NCBI RefSeq assembly: GCF_009914755.1
Contig: NC_060943.1
DNA from: the human T2T-CHM13v2.0 reference genome, Homo sapiens
Direction: 5' to 3' (one strand)
Length of the DNA stretch: 64,000 nt
The notes below the pieces were generated by a model, which saw only the letters and a program-made list of their open reading frames with translations, did not search any database and was not told the DNA's origin. How positions within the stretch are numbered: the stretch's first letter is position 1; every line of letters begins with the position of its first letter. This document shows, piece after piece, positions 1 through 10,900 of the stretch. The translations under genes and the position numbers were made by a program.

Positions 1-276
1 TGTGATGTGTGCATTCAAATCACGGAGTTGAATCTTTCTTTTGTCAGAGCAGTTTTGAAACACTGTTTCTGTGGAATCTGCCAGCGGACACTTGGAGCGC
101 TTTGAGGGCTATGGTGGAGAAGGAAATATCTTCCCATAAAAACTAGAAAGAAGCATTCTCAGAAACATTTATGTGAAGCGTGCATTCAGCTCACAGAGTT
201 GAACCTTCCTTTTGATAGAACAGTTTTGAAACACTCTTTTGAACAATTGCAGGTGAATCTTTGAGCGCTTTGAAGC

Positions 277-293
277 CTTTGTTGGAAATGGGA
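277..293 (+). promoter_or_regulatory. Degenerate CENP-B box CTTTGTTGGAAATGGGA (one per HOR)
   Basis: Both CpGs are changed to TpG. Confidence 0.8.
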
Positions 294-447
294 ATATCTT
301 CACACACAAACTAGCCAGAAGCATTCTCAGAAAGTTCTTTGTGATGTGTGCGTTGAACCCAGAGAGATGAACCTTTCCTTGGATAGAGCAGTTTTGAAAC
401 GTGTTTTTGTAAGATCTGCAAGCGGATAATTGGCTTCGCTTTGTGTC

Positions 448-464
448 CTTTGGTGGAAACGGGA
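448..464 (+). promoter_or_regulatory. Degenerate CENP-B box CTTTGGTGGAAACGGGA (one per HOR)
   Basis: TTTG replaces TTCG, and CGGG is intact. Confidence 0.8.
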
Positions 465-789
465 ATATCTTCTAATAAAAACTAGACAGAAATATTCTCA
501 CAATCTCCTTTGTGATGTGGGCATTCAACTAACACAGTTGAACATTTCTTTTCACAGAGCAGTTTTGAAACACTCTTTTGGTAGAATCTGCCAGTGGATA
601 TTTGGAGCGCTTTGAGGGCTGTTGTGCCAATGGAAATATCTGCCCCTAAAATCTAGACAGAAGCATTCTCAGAAACTACTTCGTGATGTTTGCATTCAAC
701 TCACAGAGTTGAACATACCTCTTCACAGAGCAGTTTTGAAAACCTCCTTTTGTAGAATCTGCAAGTGGATATTCGGAGCACTTTGAGGC

Positions 790-806
790 CTTCATAGGAA
801 ACAGTA
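790..806 (+). promoter_or_regulatory. Degenerate CENP-B box CTTCATAGGAAACAGTA (one per HOR)
   Basis: Both CpGs are changed to CpA, with additional substitutions. Confidence 0.7.
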
Positions 807-959
807 ATATCTTCGCATAAAAACTAGATAGAAGCATTGTCAGAAAGTTCTTTGTGATGTGTGAATTCAACTCACAGAGTTGAACCTTCCTTTAATAGAG
901 CAGTTTTGAAACACTCTTTTTCTAGAATCTGCAAGTAGATATTTGGAGCGCTTGGAGGC

Positions 960-976
960 CTTCGTTGGAAACCGGA
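960..976 (+). promoter_or_regulatory. Near-consensus but degenerate CENP-B box CTTCGTTGGAAACCGGA (one per HOR)
   Basis: Matches YTTCGTTGGAARCGGGA except CCGG in place of the essential CGGG. It is further changed to CTTCTTTGG in copies 6, 7 and 15. Confidence 0.85.
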
Positions 977-1300
977 ATATCTTCACAGGAAATGTAGATA
1001 GAGGCATTCTCAGAAACTTTTTTGTGATATGTAGATTCAACTCACAGCGTTGAACCTTTCTTTGGATGGAGCAGTTTTGAAAAACTCTTTTATCGAATCT
1101 GCAGGTAGACATTTGGGGTGCTTTGAGGGCTGTGGTGCAAAAGGAAATGTCTTCCCATAGAAACTAGACTGAAGCATTCTCAGCAACTTCTTTGTGACGT
1201 TTGCATTCATCTCACAGTGTTGAACATACCTTTCCATAGAGTAGTTTTGAAACACTGTTTTTGTAGAATCGGCAAGTGGATATTTGGACTGCTTTGAGGC

Positions 1301-1317
1301 CTTCATCGGAAACGGGA
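1301..1317 (+). promoter_or_regulatory. Degenerate CENP-B box CTTCATCGGAAACGGGA (one per HOR)
   Basis: B-box position of the monomer. TTCA replaces the essential TTCG, and CGGG is intact. Confidence 0.8.
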
Positions 1318-1642
1318 ATATCTTCACATAAACACTAGAGAGAAGCATTCTCAGAAACTTCTTTGTGATCTGTCCATTCAACTCACAGAGTTGAACCTTC
1401 CTTTTTATGGAGCAGTTTTGAATCACTGTTTTTGGGGAATCTGCAAGTGGATATTTCGAGCGCTTTGAGGCCTATGGTAGAAAAAGAAATATCTGCCTCT
1501 AAAAACCAGACAGAAGCATTCCGAGAAACTTCTCTGTGATGTTTGCATTCAACTAGCAGAGTTGAACCTTCCTCTTGATAGGGCAGTTTGGAAACACTCT
1601 TTTTGTAGAATCTGCATGTGGATATCTGGAGCGGTTTGAGGC

Positions 1643-1659
1643 CTACGGTCAAAAAGGAA
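1643..1659 (+). promoter_or_regulatory. A-box / pJalpha-type motif CTACGGTCAAAAAGGAA (representative of seven A-type monomers per HOR)
   Basis: Resembles CTAYGGTGRAAAAGGAA at the box position. Equivalent motifs lie near 109, 619, 1130, 1472, 1810 and 2151. Confidence 0.7.
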
Positions 1660-1979
1660 ATATCTTCCTGGGAAAAATAGACGAAAGCATTCTCAGAAAC
1701 TGCTTTGTGATATGTGCATTCGACTCACCGAGTTGAAACTTTTTTTTGATAGAGCAGTTTTGAAACACTCTGTAGAATCTGAAAGTGGATATTTGGAGCT
1801 CTTTGAGGGCTATGGCGGAAAAGAAAATATATTCACATTAAAGTAGACAGCAGCATTCTCAGAAACTTCTTTAGGATGTTTGCAGTAAACTCACAGAGTT
1901 GAACATACCTTTCCGTAGAGCAGTTTTGAAACACTCTGTTTGTGGGATCCGCAAGGGGATATTTGGACCGCTTTGAGAC

Positions 1980-1996
1980 CTTTGCTGGAAATGGGA
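1980..1996 (+). promoter_or_regulatory. Degenerate CENP-B box CTTTGCTGGAAATGGGA (one per HOR)
   Basis: Both CpGs are changed to TpG. Confidence 0.75.
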
Positions 1997-4900
1997 ATAT
2001 CTTCACATATAAACTAGACAGAAGCATTCTCAGAAACTTCTTCGTGATGTGTGCATTCTACTCCCGAATTTGAATCTTCCTTTTCATGAAGCAGTTTTGA
2101 AACACTCTGTTTGTGCAATCCACAATTGGATAATTGGAACGCTTTGATGCCCATGGTAGAAAAGGAAATATCCTCATATAAAAACTAGACAGAAGGATTC
2201 ACAGAAAATGCTTTGTGATGTGTGCATTCAAATCACGGAGTTGAATCTTTCTTTTGTCAGAGCAGTTTTGAAACACTGTTTCTGTTGAATCTGCCAGCGG
2301 ACACTTGCAGCGCTTTGAGGGCTATGGTGGAGAAGGAAATATCTTCCCATAAGAACTAGAAAGAAGCATTCTCAGAAACATTTATGTGAAGCGTGCATTC
2401 AACTCACAGAGTTGAACCTTCCTTTTGATAGAACAGTTTTGAAACACTCTTTTGAACAATTGCAGGTGAATCTTTGAGCGCTTTGAAGCCTTTGTTGGAA
2501 ATGGGAATATCTTCACACACAAACTAGCCAGAAGCATTCTCAGAAACTTCTTTGTGATGTGTGCGTTGAACCCAGAGAGATGAACCTTTCCTTGGATAGA
2601 GCAGTTTTGAAACGTGTTTTTGTAAGATCTGCAAGCGGATAATTGGCTTCGCTTTGTGTCCTTTGGTGGAAACGGGAATATCTTCTAATAAAAACTAGAC
2701 AGAAATATTCTCAGAATCTCCTTTGTGATGTGGGCATTCAACTAACACAGTTGAACATTTCTTTTCACAGAGCAGTTTTGAAACACTCTTTTGGTAGAAT
2801 CTGCCAGTGGATATTTGGAGCGCTTTGAGGGCTGTTGTGCCAATGGAAATATCTGCCCCTAAAATCTAGACAGAAGCATTCTCAGAAACTACTTCGTGAT
2901 GTTTGCATTCAACTCACAGAGTTGAACATACCTCTTCACAGAGCAGTTTTGAAAACCTCTTTTTGTAGAATCTGCAAGTGGATATTCGGAGCACTTTGAG
3001 GCCTTCATAGGAAACAGTAATATCTTCGCATAAAAACTAGATAGAAGCATTGTCAGAAAGTTCTTTGTGATGTGTGAATTCAACTCACAGAGTTGAACCT
3101 TCCTTTAATAGAGCAGTTTTGAAACACTCTTTTTCTAGAATCTGCAAGTAGATATTTGGAGCGCTTGGAGGCCTTCGTTGGAAACCGGAATATCTTCACA
3201 GGAAATGTAGATAGAGGCATTCTCAGAAACTTTTTTGTGATATGTAGATTCAACTCACAGCGTTGAACCTTTCTTTGGATGGAGCAGTTTTGAAAAACTC
3301 TTTTATCGAATCTGCAGGTAGACATTTGGGGTGCTTTGAGGGCTGTGGTGCAAAAGGAAATGTCTTCCCATAGAAACTAGACTGAAGCATTCTCAGCAAC
3401 TTCTTGGTGACGTTTGCATTCATCTCACAGTGTTGAACATACCTTTCCATAGAGTAGTTTTGAAACACTGTTTTTGTAGAATCGGCAAGTGGATATTTGG
3501 ACTGCTTTGAGGCCTTCATCGGAAACGGGAATATCTTCACATAAACACTAGAGAGAAGCATTCTCAGAAACTTCTTTGTGATCTGTCCATTCAACTCACA
3601 GAGTTGAACCTTCCTTTTTATGGAGCAGTTTTGAATCACTGTTTTTGGAGAATCTGCAAGTGGATATTTCGAGCGCTTTGAGGCCTATGGTAGAAAAAGA
3701 AATATCTGCCTCTAAAAACCAGACAGAAGCATTCCGAGAAACTTCTCTGTGATGTTTGCATTGAACTAGCAGAGTTGAACCTTCCTTTTGATAGGGCAGT
3801 TTGGAAACACTCTTTTTGTAGAATCTGCATGTGGATATCTGGAGCGGTTTGAGGCCTACGGTCAAAAAGGAAATATCTTCCTGGGAAAAATAGACGAAAG
3901 CATTCTCAGAAACTGCTTTGTGATATGTGCATTCGACTCACCGAGTTGAAACTTTTTTTTGATAGAGCAGTTTTGAAACACTCTGTAGAATCTGAAAGTG
4001 GATATTTGGAGCTCTTTGAGGGCTATGGCGGAAAAGAAAATATATTCACATTAAAGTAGACAGCAGCATTCTCAGAAACTTCTTTAGGATGTTTGCAGTA
4101 AACTCACAGAGTTGAACATACCTTTCCGTAGAGCAGTTTTGAAACACTCTGTTTGTGGGATCCGCAAGGGGATATTTGGACCGCTTTGAGACCTTTGCTG
4201 GAAATGGGAATATCTTCACATATAAACTAGACAGAAGCATTCTCAGAAACTTCTTCATGATGTGTGCATTCTACTCCCGAATTTGAATCTTCCTTTTCAT
4301 GAAGCAGTTTTGAAACACTCTGTTTGTGCAATCCACAATTGGATAATTGGAACGCTTTGATGCCCATGGTAGAAAAGGAAATATCCTCATATAAAAACTA
4401 GACAGAAGGATTCACAGAAAATGCTTTGTGATGTGTGCATTCAAATCACGGAGTTGAATCTTTCTTTTGTCAGAGCAGTTTTGAAACACTGTTTCTGTGG
4501 AATCTGCCAGCGGACACTTGGAGCGCTTTGAGGGCTATGGTGGAGAAGGAAATATCTTCCCATAAAAACTAGAAAGAAGCATTCTCAGAAACATTTATGT
4601 GAAGCGTGCATTCAGCTCACAGAGTTGAACCTTCCTTTTGATAGAACAGTTTTGAAACACTCTTTTGAACAATTGCAGGTGAATCTTTGAGCGCTTTGAA
4701 GCCTTTGTTGGAAATGGGAATATCTTCACACACAAACTAGCCAGAAGCATTCTCAGAAACTTCTTTGTGATGTGTGCGTTGAACCCAGAGAGATGAACCT
4801 TTCCTTGGATAGAGCACTTTTGAAACGTGTTTTTGTAAGATCTGCAAGCGGATAATTGGCTTCGCTTTGTGTCCTTTGGTGGAAACGGGAATATCTTCTA

Positions 4901-7900
4901 ATAAAAACTAGACAGAAATATTCTCACAATCTCCTTTGTGATGTGGGCATTCAACTAACACAGTTGAACATTTCTTTTCACAGAGCAGTTTTGAAACACT
5001 CTTTTGGTAGAATCTGCCAGTGGATATTTGGAGCGCTTTGAGGGCTGTTGTGCCAATGGAAATATCTGCCCCTAAAATCTAGACAGAAGCATTCTCAGAA
5101 ACTACTTCGTGATGTTTGCATTCAACTCACAGAGTTGAACATACCTCTTCACAGAGCAGTTTTGAAAACCTCTTTTTGTAGAATCTGCAAGTGGATATTC
5201 GGAGCACTTTGAGGCCTTCATAGGAAACAGTAATATCTTCGCATAAAAACTAGATAGAAGCATTGTCAGAAAGTTCTTTGTGATGTGTGAATTCAACTCA
5301 CAGAGTTGAACCTTCCTTTAATAGAGCAGTTGTGAAACACTCTTTTTCTAGAATCTGCAAGTAGATATTTGGAGCGCTTGGAGGCCTTCGTTGGAAACCG
5401 GAATATCTTCACAGGAAATGTAGATAGAGGCATTCTCAGAAACTTTTTTGTGATATGTAGATTCAACTCACAGCGTTGAACCTTTCTTTGGATGGAGCAG
5501 TTTTGAAAAACTCTTTTATCGAATCTGCAGGTAGACATTTGGGGTGCTTTGAGGGCTGTGGTGCAAAAGGAAATGTCTTCCCATAGAAACTAGACTGAAG
5601 CATTCTCAGCAACTTCTTTGTGACGTTTGCATTCATCTCACAGTGTTGAACATACCTTTCCATAGAGTAGTTTTGAAACACTGTTTTTGTAGAATCGGCA
5701 AGTGGATATTTGGACTGCTTTGAGGCCTTCATCGGAAACGGGAATATCTTCACATAAACACTAGAGAGAAGCATTCTCAGAAACTTCTTTGTGATCTGTC
5801 CATTCAACTCACAGAGTTGAACCTTCCTTTTTATGGAGCAGTTTTGAATCACTGTTTTTGGGGAATCTGCAAGTGGATATTTCGAGCGCTTTGAGGCCTA
5901 TGGTAGAAAAAGAAATATCTGCCTCTAAAAACCAGACAGAAGCATTCCGAGAAACTTCTCTGTGATGTTTGCATTCAACTAGCAGAGTTGAACCTTCCTC
6001 TTGATAGGGCAGTTTGGAAACACTCTTTTTGTAGAATCTGCATGTGGATATCTGGAGCGGTTTGAGGCCTACGGTCAAAAAGGAAATATCTTCCTGGGAA
6101 AAATAGACGAAAGCATTCTCAGAAACTGCTTTGTGATATGTGCATTCGACTCACCGAGTTGAAACTTTTTTTTGATAGAGCAGTTTTGAAACACTCTGTA
6201 GAATCTGAAAGTGGATATTTGGAGCTCTTTGAGGGCTATGGCGGAAAAGAAAATATATTCACATTAAAGTAGACAGCAGCATTCTCAGAAACTTCTTTAG
6301 GATGTTTGCAGTAAACTCACAGAGTTGAACATACCTTTCCGAAGAGCAGTTTTGAAACACTCTGTTTGTGGGATCCGCAAGTGGATATTTGTACCGCTTT
6401 GAGACCTTTGCTGGAAATGGGAATATCTTCACATATAAACTAGACAGAAGCATTCTCAGAAACTTCTTCGTGATGTGTGCATTCTACTCCCAAATTTGAA
6501 TCTTCCTTTTCATGAAGCAGTTTTGAAATACTCTGTTTGTGCAATCCACAATTGGATAATCGGAACGCTTTGATGCCCATGGTAGAAAAGGAAATATCCT
6601 CATATAAAAACTAGACAGAAGGATTCACAGAAAATGCTTTGTGATGTGTGCATTCAAATCACGGAGTTGAATCTTTCTTTTGTCAGAGCAGTTTTGAAAC
6701 ACTGTTTCTGTGGAATCTGCCAGCGGACACTTGGAGCGCTTTGAGGGCTATGGTGGAGAAGGAAATATCTTCCCATAAAAACTAGAAAGAAGCATTCTCA
6801 GAAACATTTATGTGAAGCTTGCATTCAACTCACAGAGTTGAACCTTCCCTTTGATACAACAGTTTTGAAACACCCTTTTGAACAATTGCAGGTGAATCTT
6901 TGGAGCGCTTTGAAGCCTTTGTTGGAAATGGGAATATCTTCACACACAAACTAGCCAGAAGCATTCTCAGAAACTTCTTTGTGATGTGTGCGTTGAACCC
7001 AGAGAGATGAACCTTTCCTTTGATAGAGCAGTTTTGAAACGTGTTTTTGTAAGATCTGCAAGCGGATAATTGGCTTCGCTTTGTGTCCTTTGGTGGAAAC
7101 GGGAATATCTTCTAATAAAAACTAGACAGAAATATTCTCAGAATCTCCTTTGTGATGTGGGCATTCAACTAACACAGTTGAACATTTCTTTTCACAGAGC
7201 AGTTTTGAAACACTCTTTTGGTAGAATCTGCCAGTGGATATTTGGAGCGCTTTGAGGGCTGTTGTGCCAATGGAAATATCTGCCCCTGAAATCTAGACAG
7301 AAGCATTCTCAGAAACTACTTCGTGATGTTTGCATTCAACACACAGAGTTGAACATACCTCTTCACAGAGCAGTTTTGAAAACCTCTTTCTGTAGAATCT
7401 GCAAGTGGATATTTGGACCACTTTGAGGCCTTCTTAGGAAACAGTAATATCTTCACATAAAAACTAGATAGAAGCATTGTCAGAAAGTTCTTTGTGATGT
7501 GTGAATTCAACTCACAGAGTTGAACCTTCCTTTAATAGAGCAGTTTTGAAACACTCTTTTTCTAGAATCTGCAAGTAGATATTTGGAGCGCTTTGAGACC
7601 TTCGTTGGAAACCGGAATATCTTCACAGGAAAAATAGATAGAGGCATTCTCAGAAACTTTTTTGTGATATGTAGATTCAACTCACAGCGTTGAAGCTTTC
7701 TTTGGATGGAGCAGTTTTGAAAAACTCTTTTATCGAATCTGCAAGTAGACATTTGGGGTGCTTTGAGGGCTGTGGTGCAAAAGGAAATGTCTTCCCATAG
7801 AAACTAGACTGAAGCATTCTCAGCAACTTCTTTGTGACGTTTGCATTCATCTCACAGTGTTGAACATACCTTTCCATAGAGTAGTTTTGAAACACTGTTT

Positions 7901-10900
7901 TTGTAGAATCTGCAAGTGGATATTTGGACTGCTTTGAGGCCTTCATCGGAAACGGGAATATCTTCACATAAACACTAGACAGAAGCATTCTCAGAAACTT
8001 CTTTGTGATCTGTCCATTCAACTCACAGAGGTGAACCTTCCTTTTTATGGAGCAGTTTTGAAACACTGTTTTTGGAGAATCTGCAAGTGGATATTTGGAG
8101 CGCTTTGAGGCCTATGGTAGAAAAAGAAATATCTGCTTCTAAAAACCAGACAGAAGCATTCCGAGAAACTTCTTTGTGATGTTTGCATTCAACTAGCAGA
8201 GTTGAACCTTCCTTTTGATAGGGCAGTTTGGAAACACTCTTTTTGTAGAATCTGCATGTGGATATCTGGAGCGGTTTGAGGCCTACGGTCAAAAAGGAAA
8301 TATCTTCCTGGGAAAAATAGACGAAAGCATTCTCAGAAACTGCTTTGTGATATGTGCATTCGACTCACCGAGTTGAAACTTTTTTTTGATAGAGCAGTTT
8401 TGAAACACTCTGTAGAATCTGAAAGTGGATATTTGGAGCTCTTTGAGGGCTATGGCGGAAAAGAAAATATATTCACATTAAAGTAGACAGCAGCATTCTC
8501 AGAAACTTCTTTAGGATGTTTGCAGTAAACTCACAGAGTTGAACATACCTTTCCGAAGAGCAGTTTTGAAATACTCTGTTTGTGGGATCCGCAAGTGGAT
8601 ATTTGGACCGCTTTGAGACCTTTGCTGGAAATGGGAATATCCTCACATATAAACTAGACAGAAGCATTCTCAGAAGCTGCTTCGTGATGTGTGCATTCTA
8701 CTCCCAAATTTGAATCTTCCTTTTCATGAAGCAGTTTTGAAACACTCTGTTTGTGCAATCCACAATTGGATAATTGGAAAGCTTTGATGCCCATGGTAGA
8801 AAAGGAAATATCCTCATATAAAAACTAGACAGAAGGATTCACAGAAAATGCTTTGTGATGTGTGCATTCAAATCACGGAGTTGAATCTTTCTTTTGTCAG
8901 AGCAGTTTTGAAACACTGTTTCTGTGGAATCTGCCAGCGGACACTTGGAGCGCTTTGAGGGCTATGGTGGAGAAGGAAATATCTTCCCATAAAAACTAGA
9001 AAGAAGCATTCTCAGAAACATTTATGTGAAGCGTGCATTCAACTCACAGAGTTGAACCTTCCTTTTGATAGAACAGTTTTGAAACACTCTTTTGAACAAT
9101 TGCAGGTGAATCTTTGGAGCGCTTTGAAGCCTTTGTTGGAAATGGGAATATCTTCACACACAAACTAGCCAGAAGCATTCTCAGAAACTTCTTTGTGATG
9201 TGTGAGTTGAACCCAGAGAGATGAACCTTTCCTTGGATAGAGCAGTTTTGAAACGTGTTTTTGTAAGATCTGCAAGTGGATAATTGGCTTCGCTTTGTGT
9301 CCTTTGGTGGAAACGGGAATATCTTCTAATAAAAACTAGACAGAAATATTCTCAGAATCTCCTTTGTGATGTGGGCATTCAACTAACACAGTTGAACATT
9401 TCTTTTCACAGAGCAGTTTTGAAACACTCTTTTGGTCGAATCTGCCAGTGGATATTTGGAGCGCTTTGAGGGCTGTTGTGCCAATGGAAATATCTGCCCC
9501 TAAAATCTAGACAGAAGCATTCTCAGAAACTACTTCATGATGTTTGCATTCAACTCAGAGAGTTGAACATACCTCTTCACAGAGCAGTTTTGAAAACCTC
9601 TTTTTGTAGAATCTGCAAGTGGATATTCGGAGCACTTTGAGGCCTTCATAGGAAACAGTAATATCTTCGCATAAAAACTAGATAGAAGCATTGTCAGGAA
9701 GTTCTTTGTGATGTGTGAATTCAACTCACAGAGTTGAACCTTCCTTTAATAGAGCAGTTTTGAAACACTCTTTTTCTAGAATCTGCAAGTAGATATTTGG
9801 AGCGCTTGGAGGCCTTCGTTGGAAACCGGAATATCTTCACAGGAAATGTAGATAGAGGCATTCTCAGAAACTTTTTTGTGATATGTAGATTCAACTCACA
9901 GCGTTGAACCTTTCTTTGGATGGAGCAGTTTTGAAAAACTCTTTTATCGAATCTGCAGGTAGACATTTGTGGTGCTTTGAGGGCTGTGGTGCAAAAGGAA
10001 ATATCTTCCCATAGAAACTAGACTGAAGCATTCTCAGCAACTTCTTTGTGACGTTTGCATTCATCTCACAGTGTTGAACATACCTTTCCATAGAGTAGTT
10101 TTGAAACACTGTTTTTGTAGAATCGGCAAGTGGATATTTGGACTGCTTTGAGGCCTTCATCGGAAACGGGAATATCTTCACATAAACACTAGAGAGAAGC
10201 ATTCTCAGAAACTTCTTTGTGATCTGTCCATTCAACTCACAGAGTTGAACCTTCCTTTTTATGGAGCAGTTTTGAATCACTGTTTTTGGAGAATCTGCAA
10301 GTGGATATTTGGAGCGCTTTGAGGCCTATGGTAGAAAAAGAAATATCTGCCTCTAAAAACCAGACAGAAGCATTCCGAGAAACTTCTCTGTGATGTTTGC
10401 ATTCAACTAGCAGAGTTGAACCTTCCTTTTGATAGGGCAGTTTGGAAACACTCTTTTTGTAGAATCTGCATGTGGATATCTGGAGCGGTTTGAGGCCTAC
10501 GGTCAAAAAGGAAATATCTTCCTGGGAAAAATAGACGAAAGCATTCTCAGCAACTGCTTTGTGATATGTGCATTCGACTCACCGAGTTGAAACTTTTTTT
10601 TGATAGAGCAGTTTTGAAACACTCTGTAGAATCTGAAAGTGGATATTTGGAGATCTTTGAGGGCTATGTCGGAAAAGAAAATATATTCACATTAAAGTAG
10701 ACAGCAGCATTCTCAGAAACTTCTTTAGGATGTTTGCAGTAAACTCACAGAGTTGAACATAACTTTCCGTAGAGCAGTTTTGAAACACTCTGTTTGTGGG
10801 ATCCGCAAGGGGATATTTGGACCGCTTTGAGACCTTTGCTGGAAATGGGAATATCTTCACATATAAACTAGACAGAAGCATTCTCAGAAACTTCTTCGTG

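Larger units (their letters stand above)
154..2366 (+). repeat. One complete 13-mer HOR unit (representative), with monomer starts at 154, 322, 493, 664, 835, 1005, 1175, 1346, 1517, 1688, 1854, 2025, 2196
   Basis: CATTCTCAGAAA-equivalent motif at each listed position. Monomer lengths are mostly 170-171 bp, with one 168/169 bp monomer (154) and one 166 bp monomer (1688). The pattern restarts at 2367. Confidence 0.96.

Noticed and set aside
415-450. Atypical segment AGCGGATAATTGGCTTCGCTTTGTGTCC, possibly a foreign insert or operator-like site
   Set aside because: It aligns without gaps to the consensus AGTGGATATTTGGAGCGCTTTGAGGCC region of a 171 bp monomer, so it is simply a diverged monomer.
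1735-1780. T-run (GAAACTTTTTTTTGAT) resembling a terminator or poly(A) tail
   Set aside because: It is a substitution/deletion variant of GAACCTTCCTTTTGAT in the 166 bp monomer. There is no hairpin, target-site duplication or retroelement body.
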